Positions 1 to 10,770 of a stretch of DNA of 64,000 bases are shown one piece after another (position 1 is the first letter of the stretch; each line of letters opens with the position of its first letter). The notes beneath the pieces were generated by a model. That model worked only from the letters and a program-made list of their open reading frames with translations. It was not told the DNA's origin and did not search any database. A program made the translations under genes and the position numbers. The stretch is from Gammaproteobacteria bacterium (GTDB taxonomy: Bacteria > Pseudomonadota > Gammaproteobacteria > Steroidobacterales > JBCCMA01): the NCBI GenBank assembly GCA_045106455.1, contig JBGCEL010000010.1, positions 116,878 to 180,877 on the forward strand, given 5' to 3'.

Positions 1-597
1 AGTAGGAAAGATAAACGGTACCGCTACCGAGGCCATCAGATGATCCACGCTAAGCTCGGCGGGCACGCCCTCACGCCGACTTCGCGACCATGGCGCAAGA
101 CCCGGCTTGCCCTGATAGAACGACACCGCCTTGGCCCGGCCAAAACCAGAGGCCGTAATCGCCACCGCGTCCAGCGCGCCGCCATCAATGGCCTTAGCGA
201 TGTCATCAAAGCGGATGTAGTGCTCCAGTAGATCGCGCAGCGGCGCGTTATCGAGCAGCGAACGCGGATTCGCGGGCCCAAGCCCTCCGAGCGTGATGGC
301 CGCCAGCCAGTGCAAACTCGAACGCACCACATGCCAGGTGTCGCACTTGTACACCTGCGCGCAGCGAAAGCTGGCCCAAACTCGCTCGAGATCATCAATC
401 CCTTTGGAGAAACGCAGCGCGTTGTTGGCAAGCACCGCTGCATTAATCGCGCCGACGGAGGTGCCACTGATGACCGGGAACGGATGCACGTCGGGCTGCG
501 GTAGCATTTGCGCAATGCCCTTGAGCACGCCCGCCTGATACGCACCACGCGCGCCGCCACCCGGCAATACTAAACCAACGTGTGGCCGCTCACTCAT
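1..597 (-). CDS. Patatin-like phospholipase (RssA-like), N-terminal part; the gene runs off the left edge
   Basis: Not in the ORF track because no stop lies in the window. The reverse frame ending at nt 1 reads MSERPHVGLVLPGGGARGAYQAGVLKG...PVISGTSVGAINAAVLA. This carries the patatin oxyanion-hole GGGxRG and the GxSxG nucleophile elbow (GTSVG, nt ~451-465). ATG 597-595 overlaps the stop of the upstream VWA gene (ATGA). Confidence 0.85.
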   Translation of the reverse strand, partial: MSERPHVGLVLPGGGARGAYQAGVLKGIAQMLPQPDVHPFPVISGTSVGAINAAVLANNALRFSKGIDDLERVWASFRCAQVYKCDTWHVVRSSLHWLAAITLGGLGPANPRSLLDNAPLRDLLEHYIRFDDIAKAIDGGALDAVAITASGFGRAKAVSFYQGKPGLAPWSRSRREGVPAELSVDHLMASVAVPFIFPT

Positions 598-1790
598 ACT
601 CGCGCCGACACACCGGTTTGACGCAAGCGCTTGATCGCATCGTCGAGCCCACGCAACGTCAGTGGATACATGCGCTGATCGATCAGCTCGTTGACCAATT
701 TGATCGAAGGCGTGTACCCCCAGGATTCACGGGCTTCAGGATTGAGCCAGACCACGTTTGGAAACGCGCTCAAAAGGCGCTTGAACCACACCGCTCCGGC
801 CTCTTCATTGTAGTGCTCTACGCTGCCGCCGGGATGGGTGATTTCGTACGGGCTCATCGTCGCGTCCCCCACAATAATAATTTTGTAATCTTCCGCATAC
901 GTGCGCGTTAGATCAACCAACGACTTGATGGTGCTGCGCTTGCGCTGATTGTCGCGCCACACGCGCTCGTAGAAAAAATTATGGAAATAATAATACTCGA
1001 GGTTTTTGAACTCGGTGCGTGCGGCTGAAAATAACTCCTCACAGGTGCGGATGTAGGGGTCCATCGAACCACCCACATCGAAGAACAGCAGCACTTTAAC
1101 TTCATTGCGGCGCGGGGCGCGAAATTTCAAATCCAGCAAGCCGCCGTTACGGGCGGTGGCATCGATCGTATCGCCCACCGAAAATTGATCGGCGTTGCCG
1201 CGTCGTGCAAAGCGACGCAGTCGACGCATGGCAAGCTTCAGGTTGCGCGTGCCGAGCGTAACGTCCGAATCCAGATTGCGAAATTCCCGTCGCTGCCACA
1301 CATTGACCGCCTTTTTGTGCTCACCGCGACCGCCGATACGCACACCCTCGGGGTGGTAGCCGGAATGACCAAACGGTGAGGTACCGCCGGTACCAATCCA
1401 TTTATTGCCGCCTTCGTGGCGCGCTTCCTGTTCCTGCAATCGCTCGGCCAACGTTTTCATGAGCTCGTCAAAGCCGCCAAGCTTGTCGATCTTGGCGCGC
1501 TCCTCATCACTTAGGAGTTTTCGCGCTGTCGCTTTCAACCAATCGTCAGGAATCTCGCCAGCGATAAGATCAAACTGCGCCTCTACGCCCTCAAAAAAAG
1601 CGCCGAACGCCCGATCAAACAGATCGTAACGACTCTCATCCTTCACCAGTGCCGTTCGCGCCAGACGATAAAAATCGTCCAATTTACCTGTGACCAGACG
1701 ATGATCGAGCCCGTCGAGCAACGCCAGAAACTCAGTGACCGAAACCGGCAACCCGGCGTGTCGCAGGAAGAAAAAGAATTTAACGAGCAT
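594..1790 (-). CDS. VWA domain protein, CoxE-like partner of a MoxR ATPase
   Basis: 398-aa ORF with a VWA/MIDAS-like segment VLLFFDVGGSMDPY and the layout typical of VWA_CoxE proteins encoded next to MoxR ATPases. Its start overlaps the moxR stop by 11 nt. Confidence 0.8.
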   Translation of the reverse strand: MLVKFFFFLRHAGLPVSVTEFLALLDGLDHRLVTGKLDDFYRLARTALVKDESRYDLFDRAFGAFFEGVEAQFDLIAGEIPDDWLKATARKLLSDEERAKIDKLGGFDELMKTLAERLQEQEARHEGGNKWIGTGGTSPFGHSGYHPEGVRIGGRGEHKKAVNVWQRREFRNLDSDVTLGTRNLKLAMRRLRRFARRGNADQFSVGDTIDATARNGGLLDLKFRAPRRNEVKVLLFFDVGGSMDPYIRTCEELFSAARTEFKNLEYYYFHNFFYERVWRDNQRKRSTIKSLVDLTRTYAEDYKIIIVGDATMSPYEITHPGGSVEHYNEEAGAVWFKRLLSAFPNVVWLNPEARESWGYTPSIKLVNELIDQRMYPLTLRGLDDAIKRLRQTGVSARV

Positions 1791-2634
1791 TGCGCCGATT
1801 CATAAACACGAGTTGCTCGAAAAGATGAACATCCTGTTCGTTCTTGAGCAGCGCACCGTGGAGCACGGGAATCAGTTTCTTGTCGTCTTTAGATTGCAGT
1901 GCGTCCGGATCAATATCCTCGGCCACGAGCAGCTTGATCCAGTCGAGCAACTCAGACGTAGATGGCTTCTTTTTCAGACCCGGCACATCCCGCACCTCAA
2001 AGAACACCCGCAGCGCCTCGGCCAGCAGCTCTTTCTTAAGCTGTGGAAAATGCACGTCCACAATCTGCGTCATGACGTCCTGGCTGGGGAACTGAATATA
2101 GTGAAAGAAACAGCGGCGCAAAAAAGCGTCGGGCAGTTCTTTTTCGTTATTACTGGTGATGATAATGATCGGACGCTGGGCTGCGCGGATGGTTTGGCGC
2201 GTTTCGTACACGTAAAACTCCATACGATCGAGCTCACGTAAAAGGTCGTTTGGAAATTCGATATCGGCTTTGTCAATTTCATCAATCAAAAGCACGGGCT
2301 GCTGCTCAGATTCAAATGCCTCCCACAGCTTGCCGCGCTTGATGTAGTGGCCGATGTCAGCCACCTTTTCATCACCGAGTTGCGAGTCGCGCAAACGCGA
2401 CACAGCATCATACTCATACAAACCCTGCTGGGCTTTGGTGGTCGATTTAATGTGCCACTCGATCAGCGGGTAACCCAGCGAGCGCGCCACCTCAATCGCC
2501 AACTGCGTCTTGCCGGTACCGGGCTCACCCTTGATGAGCAGCGGTCGCTGCAAAACGATCGCCGCGTTGACCGCCGATTTAAGGTCTTCATCGGCCACGT
2601 AGCTGTCGGTACCGTCGAAACGTTGTGTGCTCAT
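1780..2634 (-). CDS. MoxR-family AAA+ ATPase
   Basis: 284 aa with Walker A GEPGTGKT and Walker B LLIDEIDKA. Single AAA_5-type module of MoxR size. ATG 2634 directly abuts the stop (2635-2637) of the upstream acylase gene. Confidence 0.85.
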   Translation of the reverse strand: MSTQRFDGTDSYVADEDLKSAVNAAIVLQRPLLIKGEPGTGKTQLAIEVARSLGYPLIEWHIKSTTKAQQGLYEYDAVSRLRDSQLGDEKVADIGHYIKRGKLWEAFESEQQPVLLIDEIDKADIEFPNDLLRELDRMEFYVYETRQTIRAAQRPIIIITSNNEKELPDAFLRRCFFHYIQFPSQDVMTQIVDVHFPQLKKELLAEALRVFFEVRDVPGLKKKPSTSELLDWIKLLVAEDIDPDALQSKDDKKLIPVLHGALLKNEQDVHLFEQLVFMNRRNAR

Positions 2635-4983
2635 CTAGTTCTCGCCTGCGGGATTCAGAGTTAAAGTGTAGCGCGTAACGCCTGGCAGCAGCGGCGACGG
2701 TGCACCATCGACCCAATCGTCGTGACCCGCGCGAAAAAAGGGTGACAATGGATGGCCGCTTTGGCCACCGGGCATGTGAAACAGAGCCTCGCTCTCGCGC
2801 CCGGGCGACACCACGAGCCGCTGCGACGCGCCGAATGACGGTGCCTGCACACGCGGCGTCCATGCGTCGCCGGGCATGGGTCGCGCCGGCATGCTCAAAT
2901 AACCGCGCAGCGCGCCAGGCAGCGAACCGGCCAGCGGATGGCGGATCGCGAGCACATTGGCGTCACCCCAGGTGGCGTTCGCCGGCAGCGTGTCAGCCTG
3001 ATGGTCCAGCACGCTCAAAAAATAGCTGGACCAATCGGTATACCCGGCGGGCAACAAGTGCAGCGGCTGTTTTGACACCACGTCCCACAGCGGGCCCTCG
3101 CGCTGGCGCAAAACGTCGAGACGAATATCGGGCAAGTCGGCCAACGGTGCCAAAAAACTCTCCAGCAAGTCGCGCTCGACACGGCGCCGAAATTCGCGCA
3201 CGAGACGATAGGCCGCGTCGTCGGCCGTGGCGCTCAATCCGCCACGTGACAGTAGGCTCAGTTGCTCGGCGCGAGACGCGCGTTGGGCAACCGCATCCTG
3301 ACTCAGCACCGAGCGCATCAATACGCGCCAGCGCTCCAGAAAAACGCCACGCGTATCCAGCGCAATGTCCAACACGTCGGTCTCTGCGAACTGCTCCGCA
3401 GCAAACAAACGTCCACGAATCTGGCTCGCGCGTACACCCAGGGGATAGTCGCTCAGTCCAATGGACGCCGCATTGGCAAGATCCGCCACGCGCCCGTTCG
3501 CGGTCCACAGGCGCGCGCTGGCAGGATCCACCAGTGCCGGATACTCTGCCGGCGGCAGCCAGCCGCGCCAGCCACCATCCTGATCGCTCATGACCGGCCG
3601 GGTGGCGTCATAGCCCACGCGTCTGGGCAAACGTCCGGCAATAGTCCAACCGATGCGTCCATCGCGCCCGGCAAGCAAAATATTTTGCGGTGGGATGCCC
3701 AGACGCTGAGCCAGTGCAATGCCTGAATCAATCTCTGTGACGTCCATAAAATCGAGCAGACTGAGATTGATCGCCTCATCGAAATGACCCAGCCAGCGCA
3801 CGGCCACGGGCCGACGTTGGGCATCTTCGGCAATCACAGGGCCAAAACGTGTCATGGGCACACTCAACGCCACCGGCTCGGCGTCGCGCACGGTAATAAT
3901 CTCTTCACGCACGCGCAGCGTATCGCCACCACGCGGCACACGATAACGACCCGCCGATCCAGACGTGCGCAGCACCACGCGATCCGAATAGTCGCCGTAG
4001 CTGTTGGTAAATCCCCAGGCAATGTGGGTGTTGCTCCCCACCACGATACCCGGCACGCCGGGCAGTGAGACGCCTATGGCATCGAGCCTGCTGCTATCGC
4101 CCTGAATTTCGAGCAAGCGCAGCCGGTACCAAATGTTGGGCAGACGCAGCCCCAGGTGCATGTCGTTGGCGAGTATGGCGCCACCGTGCGCGGTGAGTCG
4201 ACCGGCCACAGCGAAGCTGTTGCTGCCAACGGTGTTCGTCTGGGTGCGCACGGCCGGCAGTGCGGCGGCGGTATCGTCATACCAACGTTCAGACGGCAGA
4301 GGCGGCAATGTGACCGCGTCGCCGCCAAGCGGTGCGTCCCATGAATTACCGGGCGCCGTGAGCCAGCGATAGACCGCCGGCGGCAGCGCACTGAACATCG
4401 CACCGCGTTGACGATCAAGTTGCGCCTGCTGATCCGTCAGCTCCATGAACATGGACAGCAAGACCAAGAAGCTGTCGCGTGCCGCCCAGGGCTCTGGCGC
4501 TGTGCGTAGCAAAGCGTATTCAAACGGTCGCGCGCCAAGCTGCGCCACGCCCGCATTGACGCCCGCGACGTAGGCGTCTAACTGTTCGCGATGACTCTTG
4601 GGCAAATTCGCCAGCGCAGATTCAGCTACCAATGTCAGACCGTGTACGCGCGCGCCCTTATCCGCTTCCAGCGCTCTGACCCCAAACAGTTCACTCAGTC
4701 TTCCTGCGGCCACGCGCCGCGACAGGTCCATCTGAAAAAACCGTTCCTGACCGTGCACAAAACCTTCAGCGTAGTAGAGGTCGATGCGCGATTCGGCGCG
4801 CACGGTCGGTACGCCCTGCGCGTCGCGCTCAATGCTGACCGGCGCGGACACCGCCACAGTGACATGCCCGTCCACCGCTGCCAGCGACGCGCGTAAATAA
4901 ATATAGAGACCGAGCACAACCGCAAACAGCAGTAACAGCGCCCCCAACAGAAGGGTCAAACTGATCCGCTTGGCAGCGCTCAT
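2635..4983 (-). CDS. Penicillin acylase family Ntn-hydrolase (acyl-homoserine-lactone acylase-like)
   Basis: 782 aa. N-terminal hydrophobic signal/anchor (LTLLLGALLLLFAVVLGLYIY). Conserved ...FFQMDLSRR... region and the autoprocessing nucleophile context TVGSNSFAV typical of PvdQ/QuiP/penicillin amidase proteins. Confidence 0.85.
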   Translation of the reverse strand: MSAAKRISLTLLLGALLLLFAVVLGLYIYLRASLAAVDGHVTVAVSAPVSIERDAQGVPTVRAESRIDLYYAEGFVHGQERFFQMDLSRRVAAGRLSELFGVRALEADKGARVHGLTLVAESALANLPKSHREQLDAYVAGVNAGVAQLGARPFEYALLRTAPEPWAARDSFLVLLSMFMELTDQQAQLDRQRGAMFSALPPAVYRWLTAPGNSWDAPLGGDAVTLPPLPSERWYDDTAAALPAVRTQTNTVGSNSFAVAGRLTAHGGAILANDMHLGLRLPNIWYRLRLLEIQGDSSRLDAIGVSLPGVPGIVVGSNTHIAWGFTNSYGDYSDRVVLRTSGSAGRYRVPRGGDTLRVREEIITVRDAEPVALSVPMTRFGPVIAEDAQRRPVAVRWLGHFDEAINLSLLDFMDVTEIDSGIALAQRLGIPPQNILLAGRDGRIGWTIAGRLPRRVGYDATRPVMSDQDGGWRGWLPPAEYPALVDPASARLWTANGRVADLANAASIGLSDYPLGVRASQIRGRLFAAEQFAETDVLDIALDTRGVFLERWRVLMRSVLSQDAVAQRASRAEQLSLLSRGGLSATADDAAYRLVREFRRRVERDLLESFLAPLADLPDIRLDVLRQREGPLWDVVSKQPLHLLPAGYTDWSSYFLSVLDHQADTLPANATWGDANVLAIRHPLAGSLPGALRGYLSMPARPMPGDAWTPRVQAPSFGASQRLVVSPGRESEALFHMPGGQSGHPLSPFFRAGHDDWVDGAPSPLLPGVTRYTLTLNPAGEN

Positions 4984-5005
4984 CGTGCGTCAGCGTCAGG
5001 CCCGA

Positions 5006-6427
5006 TCAGGCCTCGATAATCTTCATGGTGTTGGTTTTGCCGGAGATACCCGACAGCTCGCCACGCGTCAGAATGAGACGTTCACCGCGTGCCAGCACAC
5101 CGCGCGCAATCATCTCTTCGGTGATGTGGCGTGCCAGATTGGTTTCATCGGCTTTCACCACATCAAACGGCACCGAGTAAACGCCGCGATACATCTGCAC
5201 GCGACGTCGCGTTGCTTCATGGCGGGTGAAAGCATAGATGGGACGGCCAGAGCGAATACGCGATAACCACAGCGCCGTCGATCCCGACTCGGTGAGTGCC
5301 ACGATGGCCTTCACGTCAAAGTGGTTGGCGGTATACATGGTCGCCATGGCAATGGCCTCATCGACCAAATCAAACGACCGCTCCACGCGATGCTGCGACA
5401 CTTGCGTGACGCGCTGGCGTTCCGCCGCCTCGCAAATACGGGCCATCGACTCGACCGCCTTGATGGGGTATTCACCCGCGGCCGTCTCGGCCGACAACAT
5501 CACGGCATCGGTGCCGTCGATCACGGCGTTGGCGACGTCCGATACCTCAGCGCGGGTTGGGATCGGACTATGAATCATCGATTCCATCATTTGCGTGGCG
5601 GTAATCGTGACACGATTAAACTGCCGCGCTCGGTCAATAATCATCTTCTGCACGCCGGGGAGTTCGGCATCGCCGATCTCAACGCCAAGGTCGCCGCGCG
5701 CCACCATGGCAACGTCACACGCGAGCAAAATTTCATCGATATTGTCGACCGCTTCAGCGCGTTCGATCTTAGCCACAATAAAGCCGTCGCCACCGGCTTC
5801 ACGCAGCAGTCGACGCGTTTCGATCACATCACGCGCATCGCGTGGAAATGACAGCGCGACATAGTCGAGCTCGAGCCGTGCAGCGTGAGCGATGTCTTCG
5901 CGATCTTTGTCGGTAAGAGCGGACGCCGACAGACCACCGCCGTGACGATTAATGCCCTTGTTGTCCGACAGCACGCCACCCTGGCGCACGGTGCATTCGA
6001 CACGCGTGCCAGCCGCCGACACCACTTCCAAAACAATGTGGCCGTCATTGAGCAACAGCACGTCGCCGGGTTTCACATCCGTTGGGAGCGAAGGATAGGT
6101 GATGCCTACTTGAGTCTGGTCACCAGCGTCGCGATCGAGACCGGTATCCAGCGCAAACGGCTCGCCATTGGTCAGAGTGACCTTGCCACCTTTAAAGCGG
6201 CGAATGCGGATCTTCGGACCCTGCAAATCGCCCAGCACACCAACATCGCGACCCAGCTGAGCCGCCGCCGCGCGAGCACGCGTCACGCGCTTCTCGTGAT
6301 CTTCAATGCTGCCGTGGGAAAAATTGATTCGCACCACATCGGCGCCCGCTTCGATCAGCGCGCGCAGTGCATCATCGCTATCGGTCGCTGGCCCGAGGGT
6401 AGCGACAATCTTGGTTCGTCTAAGCAT
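5006..6427 (-). CDS. pykA: Pyruvate kinase
   Basis: 473 aa. N-terminus MLRRTKIVATLGPATD and full-length colinearity with PykA-type pyruvate kinases. Confidence 0.95.
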   Translation of the reverse strand: MLRRTKIVATLGPATDSDDALRALIEAGADVVRINFSHGSIEDHEKRVTRARAAAAQLGRDVGVLGDLQGPKIRIRRFKGGKVTLTNGEPFALDTGLDRDAGDQTQVGITYPSLPTDVKPGDVLLLNDGHIVLEVVSAAGTRVECTVRQGGVLSDNKGINRHGGGLSASALTDKDREDIAHAARLELDYVALSFPRDARDVIETRRLLREAGGDGFIVAKIERAEAVDNIDEILLACDVAMVARGDLGVEIGDAELPGVQKMIIDRARQFNRVTITATQMMESMIHSPIPTRAEVSDVANAVIDGTDAVMLSAETAAGEYPIKAVESMARICEAAERQRVTQVSQHRVERSFDLVDEAIAMATMYTANHFDVKAIVALTESGSTALWLSRIRSGRPIYAFTRHEATRRRVQMYRGVYSVPFDVVKADETNLARHITEEMIARGVLARGERLILTRGELSGISGKTNTMKIIEA

Positions 6428-6436
6428 GCGCGGACC

Positions 6437-7591
6437 TTACGCGCGTGCGTCGAGCGCCGCAACTGCGGGCAGGGTTTTCCCCTCCAAAAATTCGAGGAAG
6501 GCACCGCCGCCAGTGGAGATGTAAGAGATGTCCGGACCCACCTCAAAAAGATCGAGTGCCGCCAACGTATCGCCGCCACCGGCAATAGAGAAGCCGGCAC
6601 TTGCCGCGATGGCTTTGGCCAGCACGCGGGTGCCGTTGGCAAACGCATCAAATTCGAACACGCCGAGCGGCCCGTTCCACACAATGGTGCCCGCGTCGGC
6701 CATCAGTCCGCCCAAATATTGTGCAGTCTGCGGGCCCACGTCGAGGATGAGTTCGTTGTCCGCCACATCACCAACCGCACGCACCGTAGCGACGGCGCTC
6801 GCGTCAAACTCTGTGGCCACAACGACGTCGGTTGGAATTGGGATCTCAACATCCTGATCGAGCAGCCGTTTGGCTTCGTCCACCAGGTCCGCCTCAAACA
6901 ATGACTTGCCCACACCGTGACCGGCCGCGGCAATAAACGTATTGGCAATACCGCCACCAACAATCAGTCGATCGACTTTGCTGACCAGCGCATCGAGCAC
7001 CGTGAGTTTGCTCGACACTTTCGCGCCACCCACCACGGCCACCGTGGGGCGTGCGGGTTTGTGCAGCGCTTTGCCCAGTGCATCGAGCTCGGCCGCGAGC
7101 AGCGGTCCGGCACAGGCTTGCGGCGCACAGCGCGCGACGCCTTCGGTTGAGGCGTGAGCACGGTGGGCGGTGCCAAAAGCGTCCATCACAAACACGTCGC
7201 ACAGCGATGCGTATTGCTGTGCCAGACCCGGATCATTACTTTTTTCGCCCACGTTGAAGCGGACATTTTCAAGCAATGCGACTTCGCCTACCTGAACTTC
7301 GGATGCCTGAGCCGTCGATTCGAGCAAGCGCACCGGCTGGCCCAATGCGCTGCCCATTGCCTTGGCCACGACGGCCAGTGACAACGCAGGATCGGGACTC
7401 CCTTCTGTGGGGCGTCCAAGATGCGACATGACCAGCACCGCCGCGCCTTTTTCAAGCGCGAGGCGCACGGTAGGCAGCGCCGCCTGCAATCGTCGGTCAT
7501 TGGTAATGACACCATCGCGGATGGGTACGTTCAGATCCTCACGAATCAGAACTCGTTTATTCGCAATATCCAGATCAGCAAGACGACGCAT
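6437..7591 (-). CDS. pgk: Phosphoglycerate kinase
   Basis: 384 aa with ...[10 protein letters not shown]..., IAGGGDT and [13 protein letters not shown] motifs. Confidence 0.95.
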   Translation of the reverse strand: MRRLADLDIANKRVLIREDLNVPIRDGVITNDRRLQAALPTVRLALEKGAAVLVMSHLGRPTEGSPDPALSLAVVAKAMGSALGQPVRLLESTAQASEVQVGEVALLENVRFNVGEKSNDPGLAQQYASLCDVFVMDAFGTAHRAHASTEGVARCAPQACAGPLLAAELDALGKALHKPARPTVAVVGGAKVSSKLTVLDALVSKVDRLIVGGGIANTFIAAAGHGVGKSLFEADLVDEAKRLLDQDVEIPIPTDVVVATEFDASAVATVRAVGDVADNELILDVGPQTAQYLGGLMADAGTIVWNGPLGVFEFDAFANGTRVLAKAIAASAGFSIAGGGDTLAALDLFEVGPDISYISTGGGAFLEFLEGKTLPAVAALDARA

Positions 7592-7602
7592 CAGATCATC
7601 CT

Positions 7603-8613
7603 TTATTTAGCGTGAGACAGCGCCAGCATCGTGTCGAGCATGCGGTTCGAGAAACCCCATTCGTTGTCGTACCACGAGCACACTTTCACCAGATTGCCAT
7701 CCACCTTTGTAAGCGTAGAGTCAAAATTCGACGACGCCGGGTTGTGGTTGAAATCGATCGAGACCAGAGGCGCCTCGTTATAGGTCAAAATGCCTTTGAG
7801 CGGGCCGTTGGCTGCACTGCGCATGATGTCGTGCACCTCATCGATGCTCGTCTCACGCTTGGCCACAAACGTCAGATCGACCAGCGACACGTTGATGGTC
7901 GGCACGCGCACCGCGTAACCGTCCAGACGACCGGCCAGTTCCGGCAGCACCAAACCCACCGCCGCTGCGGCGCCGGTCTTGGTTGGAATCATCGACATCG
8001 TGGCCGAGCGTGCGCGACGCAAATCTTTGTGGAACACGTCGGTCAGCGTCTGGTCATTGGTGTAGGCGTGAATCGTGACCATGAGGCCGTTCACAAGACC
8101 AATGGTGTCGTTCAGCGGCTTGACCATCGGCGCCAGGCAGTTCGTGGTGCACGAGGCATTCGAGATAATCGTATCCGAGGCCTTGAGCGTGTCGTCGTTC
8201 ACACCGTACACAATGGTGGCATCCACTTTGTCGCCGGCGGGTGCGGAGATCACCACTTTTTTAGCGCCAGCGGCAATGTGCATGCCGGCCTTCTCGCGCG
8301 TGCGGAACAAACCGGTGCATTCCAGCACCACATCCACGTTCAGCTCGCCCCATGGCAGCTTCGACGGGTCGCGTTCGGCGCACACGCGAATACGGTCGCC
8401 GTTCACGACCATGTGATCGCCTTCCACTTTCACTTCCGCATCAAACGTACCGTGCGCCGTGTCGCGGGACGTCAGATACGCGTTCGTCTCTGCGTCGCCA
8501 AGATCGTTGACCGCAACAATGTTGATTTCATTGTTACGCTTCGATTCGTAAAGCGCGCGCAGCACCATACGGCCGATACGGCCGTACCCGTTAATTGCAA
8601 CATTGATCGCCAT
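7603..8613 (-). CDS. gap: Glyceraldehyde-3-phosphate dehydrogenase, type I
   Basis: The track ORF (to 8775) carries a non-conserved 54-aa extension. The conserved N-terminus [15 protein letters not shown] starts at ATG 8613 with GGAG 7 nt upstream. Catalytic SCTTNCLAP is GAPDH-type rather than the Epd-type SCTTNCIIP. Confidence 0.9.
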   Translation of the reverse strand: MAINVAINGYGRIGRMVLRALYESKRNNEINIVAVNDLGDAETNAYLTSRDTAHGTFDAEVKVEGDHMVVNGDRIRVCAERDPSKLPWGELNVDVVLECTGLFRTREKAGMHIAAGAKKVVISAPAGDKVDATIVYGVNDDTLKASDTIISNASCTTNCLAPMVKPLNDTIGLVNGLMVTIHAYTNDQTLTDVFHKDLRRARSATMSMIPTKTGAAAAVGLVLPELAGRLDGYAVRVPTINVSLVDLTFVAKRETSIDEVHDIMRSAANGPLKGILTYNEAPLVSIDFNHNPASSNFDSTLTKVDGNLVKVCSWYDNEWGFSNRMLDTMLALSHAK

Positions 8614-8636
8614 GTTCTTACTCCTGACTCGCTGTT

Positions 8637-10640
8637 TTAAAGAAGGGATTCGACCGTCGTCACGACGTGATCGACCGTTAACCCGAAGAGTTCGTAAACC
8701 TGTGGTGCCGGTGCCGATTCGCCGTAGCGATCCACGCCCATCACCTTGCCGCCAACACCAACGTAGCGCCACCAACCGGCGGTAACGCCCGCTTCGATCG
8801 ATACGCGTCGTGTCACCGCGCTTGGCAGCACGCTCTCGCGATAGGCGGCGTCCTGCTGATCAAACACGCTGGTGCACGGCATCGAAACAACGCGCACTTT
8901 GGCACGCGCTTCCAGCGCCTCGTAAGCGCCGGTGGCAAGCGCCACCTCCGTGCCCGTGGCAATCAAAATAACGTCCGGCTCACCGTCGCAATCGCGCAAG
9001 ATGTAGCCGCCGCGAGCGATGCCGGCAATGGCCTGATCGTCTCGCACCTGATGCGGCGAACCTTGACGCGAAAACACCAGGCAGTGCGGATTCTTGTCTG
9101 ACTCTACCGCCGCGCGCCAAGCCACTGCGGACTCCACCGCATCGCAAGGACGCCAGACATCGAGCCCCGGCATGATCCGCAGACTCGCCAGATGCTCTAC
9201 GGCCTGATGCGTGGGACCGTCTTCGCCCAACCCAATCGAATCGTGCGTGTAGACGAAGATACTCGGCACGCCCATCAGGGCGGCCATGCGTACGGCGTTG
9301 CGCGCGTAGTCGGAGAAAGTCAGAAACGTGCCGCCGTAGGGTTTGAAGCCACCGTGCAGCGACAAACCATTCATGATTGCCGACATACCGAACTCGCGCA
9401 CGCCGTAATACAGATAGTCGCCGTCCGCGTTGTCTTTGGTGATGGCACGTGAGCCGGACCACAAAGTGTTGTTCGAGCCGGTCAAATCTGCCGAGCCGCC
9501 AATCATCTCCGGCAGAACCGGGCAAAAACCGTTGAGCGCGTGCTGCGACGATTTGCGCGTCGCCGCGTCGATGGCCGCTTTGGCCGTTGAGGCAACAAAC
9601 GCGTCGGCGTGCTTTTCGAAACCTGCGGGCAGCTCACCACCCATGCGGCGTTTGTATTCCGTCGCAAGCTCTGGATGCGCTTCTTCGTATTGTTCGAACA
9701 GTTGCGTCCACGAGGACTGCTGCGCGGCGCCTTTTTCACGCGCGTCCCACGCTGCACGAATGTCGTCCGGAATATCAAACGGCTCGTGTGACCAACCGAT
9801 CGTGGTGCGGGTCAGCTCAATTTCTTCATCGCCAAGCGGCGCACCATGACTCGAGGCTTTGCCCTGCTTGTTGGGCGAGCCCCAGCCGATGACCGTTTTG
9901 CAGCAAATGAGAGACGGCGCATGACTGATGGCATTGGCCACCTCAATCGCCTGCGACACCGCTTCTGGATCATGGCCGTCCACATCTTCGAGCACGTGCC
10001 AGCCGTAGGCGCGAAAACGTGCCGGCGTATCGTCGGCAAACCAACCACTGACGTCACCGTCAATCGAGATTTGGTTGTCGTCGTACAGACAAATTAGTTT
10101 GCCCAGACCAAGCGTGCCGGCAAGCGAACACGCTTCATGGGAGATGCCCTCCATGAGGCAACCGTCACCGAGGAACGTGTAAGTGCGGTGATCGACCACG
10201 TCAAAATCAGGTCGATTGAAATGGGCCGCGAGCGTGCGTTCTGCAATCGCCATGCCCACCGCATTGGCGAGTCCCTGCCCCAGCGGACCGGTGGTGGTCT
10301 CGACGCCAGGTGTAATGCCGTACTCCGGGTGGCCCGCTGTCTTGGAATGCAGCTGGCGGAAATTTTTGATTTCCTCCAGCGACAAATCGTAGCCACTCAA
10401 GTGCAGCAGCGAGTAGATCAGCATGGAGCCGTGGCCGTTCGACAGAACGAAACGATCACGATTGTCCCAGCTCGGGTCGGCCGGATTGTGGCGCAGGTAG
10501 TCCTGCCACAGCACCTGGGCGATGTCAGCCATGCCCAGTGGGGCACCTGGATGCCCTGAGTTGGCGCGCTGTACGGCGTCCATGCTCAAAGCGCGAATTG
10601 CGTTAGCGAGATCTCGTTGTTTAGCCATAGCCCGGGACAC
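8637..10640 (-). CDS. tkt: Transketolase
   Basis: 667 aa with [14 protein letters not shown] and the ThDP-binding [13 protein letters not shown]. An alternative start is ATG 10628 (MAKQRD...). Confidence 0.95.
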   Translation of the reverse strand: MSRAMAKQRDLANAIRALSMDAVQRANSGHPGAPLGMADIAQVLWQDYLRHNPADPSWDNRDRFVLSNGHGSMLIYSLLHLSGYDLSLEEIKNFRQLHSKTAGHPEYGITPGVETTTGPLGQGLANAVGMAIAERTLAAHFNRPDFDVVDHRTYTFLGDGCLMEGISHEACSLAGTLGLGKLICLYDDNQISIDGDVSGWFADDTPARFRAYGWHVLEDVDGHDPEAVSQAIEVANAISHAPSLICCKTVIGWGSPNKQGKASSHGAPLGDEEIELTRTTIGWSHEPFDIPDDIRAAWDAREKGAAQQSSWTQLFEQYEEAHPELATEYKRRMGGELPAGFEKHADAFVASTAKAAIDAATRKSSQHALNGFCPVLPEMIGGSADLTGSNNTLWSGSRAITKDNADGDYLYYGVREFGMSAIMNGLSLHGGFKPYGGTFLTFSDYARNAVRMAALMGVPSIFVYTHDSIGLGEDGPTHQAVEHLASLRIMPGLDVWRPCDAVESAVAWRAAVESDKNPHCLVFSRQGSPHQVRDDQAIAGIARGGYILRDCDGEPDVILIATGTEVALATGAYEALEARAKVRVVSMPCTSVFDQQDAAYRESVLPSAVTRRVSIEAGVTAGWWRYVGVGGKVMGVDRYGESAPAPQVYELFGLTVDHVVTTVESLL

Positions 10641-10708
10641 TGCAAAAAGAGCGCGGATTGTCGCCTACTCATGGCAGCGGGGCAACCAGAACAGCGCCCG
10701 GACAGCCC

Positions 10709-10736
10709 TTTGAAGCAGGCGTCAGTTTGTTATAAT
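10709..10736 (+). promoter_or_regulatory. Candidate sigma70 promoter of metK
   Basis: TTGAAG (10710-10715) or TTTGAA (10709-10714), a 15-16 nt spacer, then a perfect TATAAT (10731-10736), 35 nt upstream of the metK ATG. Confidence 0.35.
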
Positions 10737-10770
10737 GAGGGGTTAACCGAATCACTGGACAACTCACACC

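Noticed and set aside
36-560. 174-aa reverse ORF (MAARVVRIRRACS...) and the plus-strand ORFs 293-538 and 310-504 listed in the track.
   Set aside because: They are out of frame with, or antisense to, the patatin-like gene, whose motifs (GGGARG, GTSVG) read cleanly in the reverse frame ending at nt 1. Their Arg/Ala-rich composition is typical of off-frame ORFs in high-GC DNA.
7603-8613. Calling this gene epd (erythrose-4-phosphate dehydrogenase) because of the tkt-X-pgk gene order.
   Set aside because: The catalytic segment reads SCTTNCLAP, as in GAPDH, rather than the Epd-type SCTTNCIIP. Activity cannot be settled from sequence alone, so the generic gap call is kept.
5885-8640. Long plus-strand ORFs (5885-6904, 339 aa; 7612-8640, 342 aa) across pyk, pgk and gap.
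   Set aside because: They are antisense to unambiguous glycolytic genes. Their R/H/A-rich low-complexity translation has no recognisable motifs. This is the usual high-GC antisense artefact. The same reasoning applies to 11206-11985, 12723-13421, 23802-25202, 26581-27537, 38882-39778, 40198-40986, 42151-42927, 61216-62394 and 62778-63743.
8614-8775. N-terminal extensions of track ORFs: gap to 8775, hldE to 34106, adk to 21376, the Lon-domain protein to 16212, LOG to 61354, the Arm/DUF2914 protein from 42828, hemL from 13604.
   Set aside because: The extensions are Arg/Trp/Ser-rich and overlap neighbouring genes. They precede internal starts that match conserved family N-termini and have ribosome-binding sites or stop/start coupling.
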